63,169 bases of DNA, filler included, from Octopus bimaculoides (GCF_001194135.2; 6 parts of 6 records of this genome joined end to end with filler, not necessarily neighbours in it); one strand, 5' to 3'; numbered from the whole stretch's first letter, positions 38,501-51,621 are shown. Notes: generated by a model from the sequence alone, not told the origin. Translations and numbers: made by a program.

Positions 38501-39599
38501 TTATAAACGAATTAGCATTAAAAAACGAATTAGCGCAAAAAAAAGTAAAAAATAGATGGCGACTGTATTTTTGTTGAAAGAAAGAACAAAAGAGACAGTA
38601 GGGCCAATTTTTTCGAGAAAGATCTCTTGGAAGCAGTGGCGGCTCTCTTTCNNNNNNNNNNNNNNNNNNNNNNNNNNNNNNNNNNNNNNNNNNNNNNNNN
38701 NNNNNNNNNNNNNNNNNNNNNNNNNNNNNNNNNNNNNNNNNNNNNNNNNNNNNNNNNNNNNNNNNNNNNNNNNNNNNNNNNNNNNNNNNNNNNNNNNNNN
38801 NNNNNNNNNNNNNNNNNNNNNNNNNNNNNNNNNNNNNNNNNNNNNNNNNNNNNNNNNNNNNNNNNNNNNNNNNNNNNNNNNNNNNNNNNNNNNNNNNNNN
38901 NNNNNNNNNNNNNNNNNNNNNNNNNNNNNNNNNNNNNNNNNNNNNNNNNNNNNNNNNNNNNNNNNNNNNNNNNNNNNNNNNNNNNNNNNNNNNNNNNNNN
39001 NNNNNNNNNNNNNNNNNNNNNNNNNNNNNNNNNNNNNNNNNNNNNNNNNNNNNNNNNNNNNNNNNNNNNNNNNNNNNNNNNNNNNNNNNNNNNNNNNNNN
39101 NNNNNNNNNNNNNNNNNNNNNNNNNNNNNNNNNNNNNNNNNNNNNNNNNNNNNNNNNNNNNNNNNNNNNNNNNNNNNNNNNNNNNNNNNNNNNNNNNNNN
39201 NNNNNNNNNNNNNNNNNNNNNNNNNNNNNNNNNNNNNNNNNNNNNNNNNNNNNNNNNNNNNNNNNNNNNATATTTACTTCACTTTACATGAAGTATTACG
39301 ACCTTACGTTGACTTTCAAGTTTTTCTCTGGTTATCTCCCTTGAAAGCACACTCATGGTGTCCACGTAAGTTATGGCGGCGTTGCTATTTCTAATGTTTT
39401 ATTTTCGTTTTCTATTATTAGTTTTACTCGCGTTTATATTAGTAGAAACTGATGGATAAAGAAATCAAACCAAATAAACAAACGGCAGCAAAACCGTTCA
39501 GAAATGAAATAACACTAACATATTCAATAACAATAATAAATCTAATCTATCCTCGACAATTTTTAGTTGTATCAATTTTGAATATATTGCTCCTGCTTA

Positions 39600-39830
39600 A
39601 AACCTTTTGCCTACTTGACAATTGCATTTCTAGCTCTGTCTTCAAGAAAGCTTTACTTCTTGCACACGTTTTTTGTGTGCAACGATGTTGTTAACCCTCT
39701 GTTAACAGCACTGTATGCAGGTCCTTTCCGTTTTCTTTCACGCACAGATAAATTTTTCTCTATAGACCTTAATGGTCAGAAAGACACTATATCAGTGGAT
39801 AAACTAAAAAAAGGGCTTCATAGAGAAAAC
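39600..39830 (+). mobile_element. Gypsy LTR-retrotransposon integrase C-terminal (GPY/F) remnant
   Basis: FVCNDVVNPLLTALYAGPFRFLSRTDKFFSIDLNGQKDTISVDKLK fits HVFVR.D....L..PY.GPF.V..R..K.F.....G..DTVS.DRLK. Confidence 0.75.
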
Positions 39831-39915
39831 TATCCCTGTTCCCACTGCAGAGGACACACACACAACATTACAAACACGGTCCGCACACCCAACTTCACAT
39901 TCCATAACTACCATT

Positions 39916-40129
39916 GGGATCGATCAGGTACCGAACAACGATTCTGGATTATTTTTCCTGTTTTTCACTTCATTTCTGAGAGCAGTCAGGTTCATTTTTA
40001 GTATTCTCGTTTGTGAGGGCAGTCGAGTTTATTTCAGAGATTCTCATTTTAAAAATCATCTCCGGTTAATCGTTGAGAGGAAGTTGGTGTTGCCTTGGCA
40101 GAGGATTGCGGTCTTTGAGTGCTCTTGTT
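39916..40129 (-). mobile_element. 5' part of a Helentron-associated (HINE/DINE-1/pearl-like) non-autonomous element (tentative)
   Basis: Starts AACAAGAGCACTCAAAGACCGCAATCCTCTGCCAAGG at a TT-rich site and contains ataatccagaatc...cctgatcgatccc; family assignment from recalled resemblance only. Confidence 0.4.
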
Positions 40130-40149
40130 ATTATTATTATTATTATTAA

Positions 40150-40181
<32 letters not shown>

Positions 40182-40780
40182 GTAGTAGTAGTAGTAGTAG
40201 TTTTGGGTAAATGTGATGAGACTCACCTGTTATATTATTCATTCCTCCAGGGCGTGATGTTTGTAATTCACAAATTTGTGAATTATTAACATCACGCCCT
40301 GGAGGGATTGAATAAAATGACAGGTGAATTTCATCACATTTACGCAAAACTGTTCGACTAAGCATGCTTTGTCCTACTCCTCAACACTGCTGGCTTTGTG
40401 CCAAAATTGGAAAGGACTGTTATTGTAGGAACGGTTGGAGGAAGAGGCTCAGGGACGCGTGCTGCGTAGAAAACAATGAGTAAAGTTGGTGCTAATTGCT
40501 TAATGCAGTGAGTTTCGAAATATTAATTAGCTAAAATCACATCCATAATGAGAAATGCTAATTATCTTAATCAGTAATTCCGGTCAATTGATCTTTGACC
40601 ATCTGACCGATAACTGAAAAAGAGTTGGTGACCTTCTGTGTTTTCTGTTCGTCTGTGTATTTAGTATATATATATTCGAATGTTTATTTGCTACACGTTT
40701 TTTAAAATTGTATATATATATACACACGCACACACATATATATATATACGGGTATGTCATATTAAATATACATGTAGGCG

Positions 40781-40834
<54 letters not shown>

Positions 40835-41162
40835 ACAAATAATAAATGAGTATATGCATATATACGTACAAGTATGTGCATACCTACATCNNNNNNNNNN
40901 NNNNNNNNNNNNNNNNNNNNNNNNNNNNNNNNNNNNNNNNNNNNNNNNNNNNNNNNNNNNNNNNNNNNNNNNNNNNNNNNNNNNNNNNNNNNNNNNNNNN
41001 NNNNNNNNNNNNNNNNNNNNNNNNNNNNNNNNNNNNNNNNNNNNNNNNNNNNNNNNNNNNNNNNNNNNNNNNNNNNNNNNNNNNNNNNNNNNNNNNNNNN
41101 NNNNNNNNNNNNNNNNNNNNNNNNNNNNNNCAGAAGAAAAAACTAGTCAATTGACTATATAT

Positions 41163-41376
41163 TATTCATATAAATACATACACTGTACATTTAAGCACAT
41201 AAGCGAGATGTCCATAATAGGACATCTAACCCACTAGAAGGAGCAGTCAAACACCCTTTCGAAATTATCCCTAATTGTGGTGTGGAGTTTGACTGCTCCT
41301 TCTAGCGGGTTAGATGTCCTATTATGGACATCTCTCTTATGTGTTTAAATGTACACTGTATGTATTTATATGAATA
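41163..41376. mobile_element. Fold-back MITE-like element, 90-bp arms, 34-bp spacer
   Basis: 41163-41252 versus the reverse complement of 41287-41376: 4 mismatches. Confidence 0.8.
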
Positions 41377-42668
41377 TATACATAATATATATATACATAT
41401 ACTTGCACACACACACACACACACACATACGCGCACACACACATACGCGCACACACACACACACATGTTTTTAGTAGCATGAGTGGGCACATTTGACCGG
41501 ACGCTTACACACAAATATGTGCTTGGCTGTTGTATATGTCTATGTATGCATGCAATTATACATATACGTACATGCACACATACATTCATAAATATGTATA
41601 TACATAATACATACATACATATATATACATAATATATATATATATATATATATTACACACACACAAACACACACACAAGTACACACACACATATGTATAT
41701 ATACGCACATATATAATGGCGTGAGTGGGCAAGCTTTGGGCGTGAAAATAATTCAACACGCTAACGAAGAAGCACGTAATGCTACAAACAACAGACGCAT
41801 AAGTAGCAAAAGTAAGTAAAACAAGAAAGAAGCAATGCGGATCGGATTGCGTTCGCTGTCGTCTGCTTATAGCTGCCGCCATTTCAAGATCTTCTGCTGT
41901 GATAGATAGAACGGCATGAATTATAATAAAGTGACATATCTCTCAATGGATATTTCAGTCGCATTTACCCCCCTCATAGGTATTTTTGTCCATTGCTTTT
42001 TCTATTCTTGCTTTCTGCTCCATTCAATTTTGTATTTTGATTCCCCATGAATTACTGTATTCTCGAAAGATTTCATTTACTGACACTTCACTCTCTCTAT
42101 TTCTACGTATCTATCTATATATCTATCTATCTATCTATCTGTGTCTCTCCCTCTCCCTCTCTCTTACGTCTCCCGTCTCGATTTCATTTGGTCTTTGCAT
42201 TGTTTTCCAATCGGTTACCTCATCTCGCCTCATAGATTTAGGTTACTTATCGCTCTCAGTGCAATTTTCTTTTTCCTTTTTGTGGCCATGCTGGAGTACT
42301 GCCGTAAAAGTTGCTTGATCGATCATATCGACTGCAGTAAACGGCCATTTGAATCGACTCCATTTCATAATTAGCGATATATGTATGTATGTATGTATAT
42401 ATATATATATATCAATTTTTTTCTCCGTGTTTTTCTCCTTGTCTCNNNNNNNNNNNNNNNNNNNNNNNNNNNNNNNNNNNNNNNNNNNNTTAATTAATTA
42501 ANNNNNNNNNNNNNNNNNNNNNNNNNNNNNNNNNNNNNNNNNNNNATATATATATATATATATATATATACACGGACATATGTACGTGTACACACATACA
42601 CACACGCACACACATATAAATATATCTCATACATACGTACATACATGCATATATATTATATACATACA

Positions 42669-42957
42669 TTACTGTTGAGACCCCCTTCGGTCATGAACGA
42701 CCATGGGATTGCACCTAGAAAGTTACCCTCCGAGGCACAAGTCTGGTCAAGTTTGTTTATGGAAGACCAACAGTCGCTCATGCATACCGGCCTCCCTTCT
42801 CCACGCCACCAGCGTCATCCAAAGGAAAGGCAAAGGCCGATACAGCTTGGTACCTGTGACGTCGCAACTCATTTCTACAGCTGAGTGAACTGGAGCAACA
42901 TGAAATAAAATGTCTTCCTCAAGAACACAACACGCAACTCGGTCGGGGATTCGAACT
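42669..42957 (-). mobile_element. SINE-D (tRNA B box plus conserved-core-like domain), head lost at gap
   Basis: Minus strand AGTTCGAATCCCC (B box) then GTTGTGTTCTTGAGGAAGACATTTTATTTCATGTTGCTCCAGTTCACTCAGCTGTAGAAATGAG. Confidence 0.75.
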
Positions 42958-43929
42958 ATATATATANNNNNNNNNNNNNNNNNNNNNNNNNNNNNNNNNN
43001 NNNNNNNNNNNNNNNNNNNNNNNNNNNNNNNNNNNNNNNNNNNNNNNNNNNNNNNNNNNNNNNNNNNNNNNNNNNNNNNNNNNNNNNNNNNNNNNNNNNN
43101 NNNNNNNNNNNNNNNNNNNNNNNNNNNNNNNNNNNNNNNNNNNNNNNNNNNNNNNNNNNNNNNNNNNNNNNNNNNNNNNNNNNNNNNNNNNNNNNNNNNN
43201 NNNNNNNNNNNNNNNNNNNNNNNNNNNNNNNNNNNNNNNNNNNNNNNNNNNNNNNNNNNNNNNNNNNNNNNNNNAAAACACTGTCAGCTGGAGGAGGGAG
43301 AGATTCTTGGAGGTTGGCGAGAGAGGTTTTCGGAGGCTGGCGAGAAAGACTGTCGGAGGTTGGTGAGAGAGGTTATATAAATATATGAACGAAGTGTTTG
43401 AACGAAGTGCAATAATAACATTTACACTCACTGATGGTCGCTCTTAGTAACTGTCTTTAGCTTACGGAGTTCTTGTTTTTATAACTATCGAAAAGCAGTC
43501 AGATAGATAGACATATTGTTGAGAACAAATGATTTCATTGGAGGTCTGTTATCTCCATTCCAGCTAGTGGTGGCCTAGAAGAGGTTAGAAGGGTCAAGCG
43601 GCAAAGACATTATTCTGCTTAGGGAAGGCATCTGGGAAATGTATATCTGTTGTCATTCACAGAAAAAAAAACTATTGTTTTACCGTGAGAAAAGTGCTGT
43701 TGAAGTGTTAAGTGAAATATGACAATCGAGGATCGAATCCACGCTATGCCTGCATAAAGCCACTACAAATAGGTTGTGGAATAAAAAGTTTATCTACTGT
43801 CATGAAAATGTGTAACTGTAAAAATGCATAATTATCGGGATAATGGGCATTCCAAAAAGTATGTATGTATAGAAATTTATGAATGAAGTCTATTAGGTTT
43901 AAGATTTGAGGTATTGACAGGTTGGAGTT

Positions 43930-44934
43930 TAAATTCCATCCGTCTGTGACAAAAATAACACCGTGACGCAATACACGCTGGCAGAAATTTGGAAACGACA
44001 TGCTGTAGTGTTTGGCATTCACGCCGGCAGCTCCAATAAGGACATTTCAGAATGTTTGTTTGTGAATCTGAAGAGAATGCAGAGGATGCGCCTGTCTAAG
44101 TTTCCTATCAGGCAGATAGTCCGTGAAGACATTCGGTATTCCTCATTCAAGACGAGAAAGGATTAATTTTTATCAAAATCCATCGAGGACAAGATGAAAG
44201 ATCGTGCTACGAAGCTTTAGAACAAACTCAAGAATCAACTCCACCCGAACGTACTTCAGTTTTTCTCAGATAAGAAACTTTCATGCCAGAATCAGATGGT
44301 GAACACACAGAACAACCGTTGGCTTGCCGTGTCCCCAAAACATGCACCTATAAAGATAAAAATCAAACATTCAGTCAACATTATGGTGTTTGAAGTGATC
44401 ACTAGTGGTGACGTTATGCCTCCATTCATCTCCCCTCATGGCTTGAGTCGCAACACGGAGGACTACATTAAGTGCCTAGAGGAGGTAGCACTACCCTGGG
44501 TCAAGACGGTGGTTGCTGGAAGACTATGACTGGCAACAAATCTCCGCATCATGCAATGCAAGTAGGAGAATCCAGTCATGGCTGTCAGACAATTTCTGCG
44601 ACCACATCGTCCCTAACATCTGGCATACTAATTCCCCAGACTGCAACCTCCATGATTATCATATGCAGGTGCAGTTGAGCGAGAGACCAACAAAAGTCTT
44701 GTAACACTAAAGATGAACTGAAGGCAAGGATTATGGCAGCATTCACCAACTTAATGAAGAGTTCAAAAGAGTTGTACGAGATTCTGAAGTCGTCTGAATT
44801 TTATTGAATAAATTTACTCTTTAGTATTTCAAGATATTTTAATGTAATTTTGATAAATATATCTATAGAAATAAGATGTCTGTGTTACTTTCATTTTTGT
44901 GTAATATAGACGACAATTTATTCACTACATCCTG
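43930..44934 (+). mobile_element. maT (DD37D) transposon relic, same family as 23.7 kb
   Basis: NTQNNRWLA...IMVFEVITSGDVMPP...NFCDHIVPNIW..NSPDCN..DY; right end ...attcactacatcctg followed by TA. Confidence 0.88.
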
Positions 44935-44984
44935 TATATTGATGTATTGAACGATGTTCGTTCTTTTTTTCTACCAGATAAGCA

Positions 44985-45264
44985 CACGCACTATATATTC
45001 GTTCTTCACTCGCTTATTACTGTTCTTATTTTTAACTCATGTCCATCATCGAGATATCTTTTATCACACATCTGTGTCCTCTTAGGTGACTTTGTGTCCT
45101 TGTGTATGCTCCTACGCCGCTTAGCACAATCTGTTCTTCTAGAACAGGAACACACACGAGGACGGAAAGAGGTCACAGATGCGTGACGAAAGATTCCCCG
45201 GCAATAGACATGAGTTAAAATAAGAATAGTAATAAACGAGTGAAGAACGAATATGTAGTGCGTG
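44985..45264. mobile_element. Imperfect fold-back (MITE-like) element
   Basis: Arms 44985-45043 and 45207-45264 (3 mismatches plus 1 indel); an inner inverted pair atcttttatcacacatctgtgtcctctt / aagaggtcacagatgcgtgacgaaagat extends the stem. Confidence 0.75.
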
Positions 45265-46261
45265 ACTGTATTTGGAAAAAAACCCAACCATTCCGACATA
45301 CAACAATGTCTGTTTCAACGCAGGGTTTCACATCGAATCATATAACACAAATTCTTATGTATGTATATATACAGGGTTCGTACGGTATTTGAGGACATAC
45401 CTTTTTGTAGTCATTGCTGCATGTTTTGGTTACACTGTATAAGCTTTGTTTCAGAATATAATAATGGTGGACCCTCAGTTTACTCAAGAAATGAAGCAGT
45501 ATGCTGTTATTGTGGACATAAAGGCTGAGCATAGGGATTCAGAAATATCTCGATTTTTAAAAGTTGATAGATCTTTCGGCCATGATGTTTTTAAAGAGCT
45601 AGAGACTGAAGATGGAAACTTATCATCAGTATCAAAGCATAAAAACGCATTTTAAAGGGCCTGAAATCATCAGAACTCCTGATTTTATCCAGCAACTTCA
45701 ACAGCCCATTGATTACAATCCCAGAAAGTTCATGAGGTCGATTGCAAAAGATCTCCATGTGTCAGAAGGAACAGTCAGGATTGTAGTCCACTAAGACATC
45801 AGATGGAAAGGTCAATTTGTGAGAAAAAGCAAAAGAAAATCGTTACATCAGATCTAAAAGTCTCTTAAGCAAACAGAAAAATCCAGAAGATCTCATTTTC
45901 TCTTTCTTTATCGAGAAAAATTTCGACCAAGATCAAAAAGTTAACAGAAGAAATGACAGATGATTATATGCAGGCCCTTCTGAAGTTCCAAAATTTCCTG
46001 CAACTGTCATGGTTTTAGGGTTTGTCAGCAATGAAGGACATGTGATGTCTCCTTGCCGCTGCCGCCTACATTGAGGTACTGGAAATAATTGTTAAACCCT
46101 GGATAGACAGTGTATGCAATAGAGGGCCATGTGTGTTTTAGTAAGACTTTGCACTATCACACATAGCTCTGGTAACACAGGAATGGATGGCTGAAAATTT
46201 TCATGATCATATAACCCCTAACATCTGGCCTCCTAATTCCCCAGATCTTAATCCATTCGAC

Positions 46262-49246
46262 CATAGCTTCCGTAAGTGGGCGATATCGCTCACCGGTGGG
46301 CGATTTCAACTTACTGGTGGGTGATGGGCTAATTTCTAGAAAATGGTGGATGATTTGAGATTCTGGTGGGCGATATGAACATTTTGTGGGTGACAATGAA
46401 TTTTTAGAAATTAAGTCTGCATTTATTATATCTAGACATGCTTAGAATAAGGATGCACTTACATCGATTTGACTACTCGCATGAGACGTTAGTTTGTATT
46501 TAAAAAGCAGACTTGTTTATCGAATATATTTGTCTCAGTCATTGAGATGGTTATGTGTGCTAAAAACAGCAGCCAAATAATAGGCCTATGCCTTAAATCA
46601 CACTCTACCACATTTTTTTCTTTTTTGTCATAATCATATGAAGTCCCGCGTATAGAATTCAAATTCACAAAAAAATTCTGAAAACTCTGAAAAATAAAAA
46701 AAAGTTATGAGGGGTTACAGGTCGTGCATAATTCTGTGGTCACATATCAAAACACAAGTGCTATTTTCAGGATGTTGACAAAATGTGCAGTCACACACAA
46801 AATGACAGCTTTGAAATCGTGTTTCTTGACTGGGTGAAAATGATCAAAATTTAAACCTCTATAACTTTTTAAAAACATTTTCCTGGAAAAAGTTGAATAC
46901 CTCCAGCAATTTAGCTTGGAAAGCTATATTAATGTGCCAAATTTGAAAATTTTCGATAAACTTTAATTTTTGAAATGCTGGCAGTCAAACTAACTAAATC
47001 CGTATTTGTAGTAGAGACGTGTATCGGCTTCTTTTTGGGGAATACCATACTGCTTTTCTGACGCTGCCTGTGTAAATACGTTTTCACATTTTCACTTTAC
47101 TGATGTCTCCAGTCAAGAAAATTTGTCGACATTACAATAGTGATTATTTATAGTTTGGATTTATTCCCTATCCTCTGAACTGTCACGAATGTGCCTTCTT
47201 TGCCATCAAACATCGACCAACGAAGCAATGGAATCTTCACGCTTGAAGTATCACTTTGGTGCAAAGCATTCTGACAAGAAAGACAAGCCATTATCATATT
47301 TTTTGCACCTGAGCTCCTCTTTCAAAAATGCAAACATTCAACATGCTACTCCCAGAAACAAGTAAACAGGAGAATGACGGATTGATTGCATCTTACAACA
47401 TTGCATTGCTCGTTGCTAAATCTGGGAAGTCTCTAACAAATGGAGAAACATTACTTCACCCATTTATTGAACAGGTTTTGTCAACTGTTATGCACGAAAA
47501 ACCCCATGACATTATGAAGAAGATCCCACTTAGTAATAACACAATTTCTCGACACATCGATGAAATGGCCAAGGATGTCAAACATCAACTCATTAATATT
47601 CTCCAGCGTTCTGAATTTTCTATACAATTGGATGAGTTAACTGTTGTGGATAATCAATGTTTGACGATGGTATATGTTAGGTATTTCAGCGAAGGCCTTC
47701 AACTTTGTGAGGAAATGCTGTTCACAGAGAAATTGCCGCTTGATTCAAAAGGTGCAACTATTTTTCGCACTCACAAGTCTTTCCTTTCTGAACATAATAT
47801 GCCACTCAGTAATATTCTTGCCTGTGGGTCTGATGGAGCCCCTTCGATGATAGGAAGATACAGAGGTTTTTCATCTTTCCTAAAGCGTGAAATTTTCCAC
47901 CAGATACTAACAGTTCATTGCTTGGCACACCGGCATCGTTTAGTGGCAAAAATATGAACAGTAGATTAATTGATGTTATCAAGACTGTGATCAAATTGAA
48001 GTCCAGTCCCTTGTCTGATCGAATTTTCAGTCAACTCTGTCTGAGAAATGATGAGGACCATACTAAACTCTTATACCATACCGAAATGCGGTGGCTGTCA
48101 AAAGGAAACTGTTTTACGATTTGTTGAACTGTTTCATAAAATCATATCTTTCTATGAAGATACTCCACTATCCGCTTTATTGATGGCTGCAAGGTGATAT
48201 ATTCACAAAATTAAATGATTTGAATAAGTTATTGCAAGGAAACAGAAAAGGTCTCGTTGATTGTAAACCATTTATCACTACCTTCATTTCGAAATTCGTA
48301 TTGTATAAGACTAAGATTTCAAAACGTCAATTCCATCAGCTTCCACAACTTCTTTGAAAGATGAATTGGTTGATGAAGACTTAACTACATATCGCAACTA
48401 TTTACAATCATTGCATGATAATACGGTGGAGCGATTTCAAGATGTTATTGCGCTGAATATTCCAAATTGGTATAGCAATCCGTTTGAAGTTGATGCAGTC
48501 GATTGCGAATATGACGTTCAGGAGGAATTGATAGAATTACAAAATGACAATGACACCATAATGCGATATCGCCGTAATGGCAAAGAAAATTTGTGGTACA
48601 ATCAGCGTATATTAAATTCCTATCCCAATCTGTGGAAATATCTGAAATTACTTTTGCTTGCCTTCCCTATCTCATACCTTGTTGAGTCTGGTCTTAACCA
48701 TGTTGGAACTTTACTTTCCCATAAAAGAATTCGACTAGATATGACATCACGAGAAAACTTGCGCCTAAAGTTGACAAGTTAGAAGCCGAATGTATCTGCA
48801 CTAGTTGCATCGCACCAAATGCATGGTTCTCATTCAAAAAATTTATTGTTTTCCTTTATAATACAATCATCATCTATATTTGCATCGGTTGTTCTGATCA
48901 ATGATTCATTTGGGGAAAATGAAAATCAGTATAAAAGAAAGCGCACGTTTCCAGAAGTTAATCTGTCTGAAAAATATAGAGTTAATGTTAGAATTTTATT
49001 TACACTAATAGCAAAACTAAATCCACAATAAAGGATTTGTAAACAACCACATATTTAGTCCAAAGGGCACTATCAGGGCAACGACTCTACGATAAAATGT
49101 GTCAAATGATACGGGAGTGGGGTCCTAGGGGATTTTGTGTTGTGGGGGGTTGTGTCAGGAGTCTTTAACGCAGGTGGGCGATGGAGCATTTTTGACCGAT
49201 ATGTGGGCGATATTGCAATTTGGCGCGAAACGTTTGGGAAACACTG
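46262..49246 (+). mobile_element. hAT Buster/Charlie-family transposon, ~2985 bp
   Basis: 8-bp TSD cattcgac (46254-46261) / cattggac (49247-49254); right TIR gtttgggaaacactg; eroded left TIR catagcttccgtaag. Confidence 0.92.
47103..48833 (+). pseudogene. Buster-type hAT transposase pseudogene (ZBED8/SCAND3-like family)
   Basis: BED-like MCLLC..NEAM..SRL..H; QLDE (D1), GSDGAPSM (D2), HCLAH (CxxH), HTEMRWLSKG, YLVESG (E); several stops and frameshifts. Confidence 0.9.
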
Positions 49247-49564
49247 CATTGGACTATTACATGTGGAGCGTTGTTGAGAGAGAGAGGTCAATGAACATGG
49301 CCATAACACCAAAGATTCATTGAAAGCTGCCATAGTCAGAGTAATGCCCAAAATGAACAAGGACCGTTTGATTAGAGTATGTAAATCATTTAGATCTCAT
49401 ATAGAGGCAGGCAGTTGTTGAAGCTGAAGAGAACTTTATTGAATAACATTATAGAAAAGGTCTATTTTTATCCTCATAGCATATTTTGACAAAGTTATTA
49501 TCTGTTATTATATATCTGTGTTTTTATAAACATAAACCTGTCCTCAAATAACTAACCTACCCTG

Positions 49565-49601
<37 letters not shown>

Positions 49602-49950
49602 CACGATGCAGGTGTGTGTGCATGTGTGTGTATATGCTTGAGTGTGTATCATAGTTTTTAGCAGCAATGTCGTCTTCTCTTCAGTCCCAACCTCTCACCC
49701 CATCGTGCTACTGCTGTCCAAAGACGAGCACTAACCTATTTTAAACATAATGTAGAACATAGAAAAATCGTTGTCCTGGCTACAAAAGAAAGACTCAAAG
49801 CTACGGATACCATCAAACAAAGTTACCACAGATATCCACACTGATGTCTCACTAATCTTACGATGAAATATCAGAGGTCGGTTACGACTTAGTAAGACAA
49901 ATAAATATCTTACATGAAAGACCTTAACAAAGGCATCTAGTAACAAATAT

Positions 49951-50515
49951 TTACTCTTTTACTCTTTTACTCTTTTACTTGTTTCATTCATTTGACTGCG
50001 GCCATGCTAGAGCACCACCTTTAGTCGAGCAAATCGACCCCGGGACTTATTCTTTGTAAGCGTAGTACTTATTTTATCGGTCTCTTTTGCCGCTAAGTTA
50101 CGGGGACGTAAACACACCAGCATCGGTTGTCAAGCAATGCTAGGGGGACAAACACAGACACACAGACACACAAACACACACACACACACATACATATATA
50201 TATATANNNNNNNNNNNNNNNNNNNNNNNNNNNNNNNNNNNNNNNNNNNNNNNNNNNNNNNNNNNNNNNNNNNNNNNNNNNNNNNNNNNNNNNNNNNNNN
50301 NNNNNNNNNNNNNNNNNNNNNNNNNNNNNNNNNNNNNTATATACATATATACGACGGGCTTCTTTCAGTCTTTGTCTACCAAATCCACTCACAATGCTTT
50401 GGTCGGCCCGAGGCTATAGCAGAAGACACCTGCCCAAAATGCCACGCAGTGGAACTGAACCCGGAACCATGTCGTTGGTAAGCAAGCTACTTACCACACA
50501 GCCACTCCTGCGCCT
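49951..50515 (-). mobile_element. SINE-A full length, gap at the internal microsatellite
   Basis: Both halves present on either side of the gap at 50207-50337. Confidence 0.9.
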
Positions 50516-50776
50516 GTGGATGTTACTGGAATACATATAATCATGTAATTTTCCTTTTGTTTTGTATTCACTGTAAAGAAAGAAATCATTACGATGTTGC
50601 TATACACGTTCATTAAGATATCTCATCTTTATATCTGCCGTCATACTCAGTTTGTGAAATACTAATAGAATGTATGAAGTAAATTCATGCTGTAAGATGT
50701 AGAACATACTGTCCGACGGATGCCTCGAATCATGGTATAAAATTTGAAGGTCTTTCAGAAAGATGAAAGTAATACT

Positions 50777-50985
50777 GGTTTCAAATTTTGGCACAAGGCC
50801 AGCACTTTTGTGAGGAGTGGGTAAGTCGAACACGTCGACTCCTGTGCTCAACTGGTACTTATTTTCTTGACGCTGAAATGATGAAAGGCAAAGTCGACTT
50901 CGGTGGAATTTTATCCCAGTACGTAAAAACGGACGAAATACTGCTAAGCTCGGCAAGTTAACAATACTGTCACTACGCCGCCTTA
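50777..50985 (-). mobile_element. SINE-B
   Basis: ggcacaaggcc, gaaaggcaaagtcgacttcgg, head complement cgccgccttag. Confidence 0.8.
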
Positions 50986-51621
50986 GATGAAAGTAATACT
51001 AACCAAACTGAACTCAACATTAGTGTGCTTCTCTTGGGCAACTTCAGCTACTCAGCCTCAAGTAATGCAAGATCCACATTTTCTGGAGAATGCTACTAAA
51101 TGAACGATAATAAGCAGAAACTCCATTTAATATCACTGGCACATTTTTTCGTGACGTAATTTGTATTTCCCACCAATAAGTATGATAAATCTCTCTATTT
51201 TACTTTATAAAAACACAGATTTCGCCCATATTGGGAGTTGTGCTTAACAACATTCTATGACAAGAGCATAATTAGCAATAAACTTTACAACGGAATTTGT
51301 AGACGCCCAGCTTATCCTTCAAACGCTATCTCATTTTCCACCTGCAGGTCAGTTGTTTAAAAATAAAGGAATTCATGTTAAAGCTGCAATTTATTTTGTA
51401 TTAAATTTATCATAAGGAGGATAGGCCAAAATTAACAAAAAACATATAATTCTCAGCGACAAAATTTCTGAGAAAACAGAAAATATAATGAGTGTCTCAA
51501 ATAACAGACAGCGAAACTATTCAGTACAGTCCAATAACTAAAATTTGTAAATAAAAAATGAAATGTTCTACATACGGAGACACGTACTAACACAGTCTTA
51601 TTTGTGTGGATGTGGGTGTAA

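Larger units (their letters stand above)
45372..49564 (+). mobile_element. maT (DD37D) transposon split by a hAT insertion (pieces 45372-46261 and 49247-49564)
   Basis: TIRs CAGGGTTCGTACGGTATTTGAGGACA versus CAGGGTAGGTTAGTTATTTGAGGACA (reverse complement of right end); TA flanks; D-37 aa-D ending WPPNSPDLNP(F/L)D resumes as YYMWSVVERE. Confidence 0.92.
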
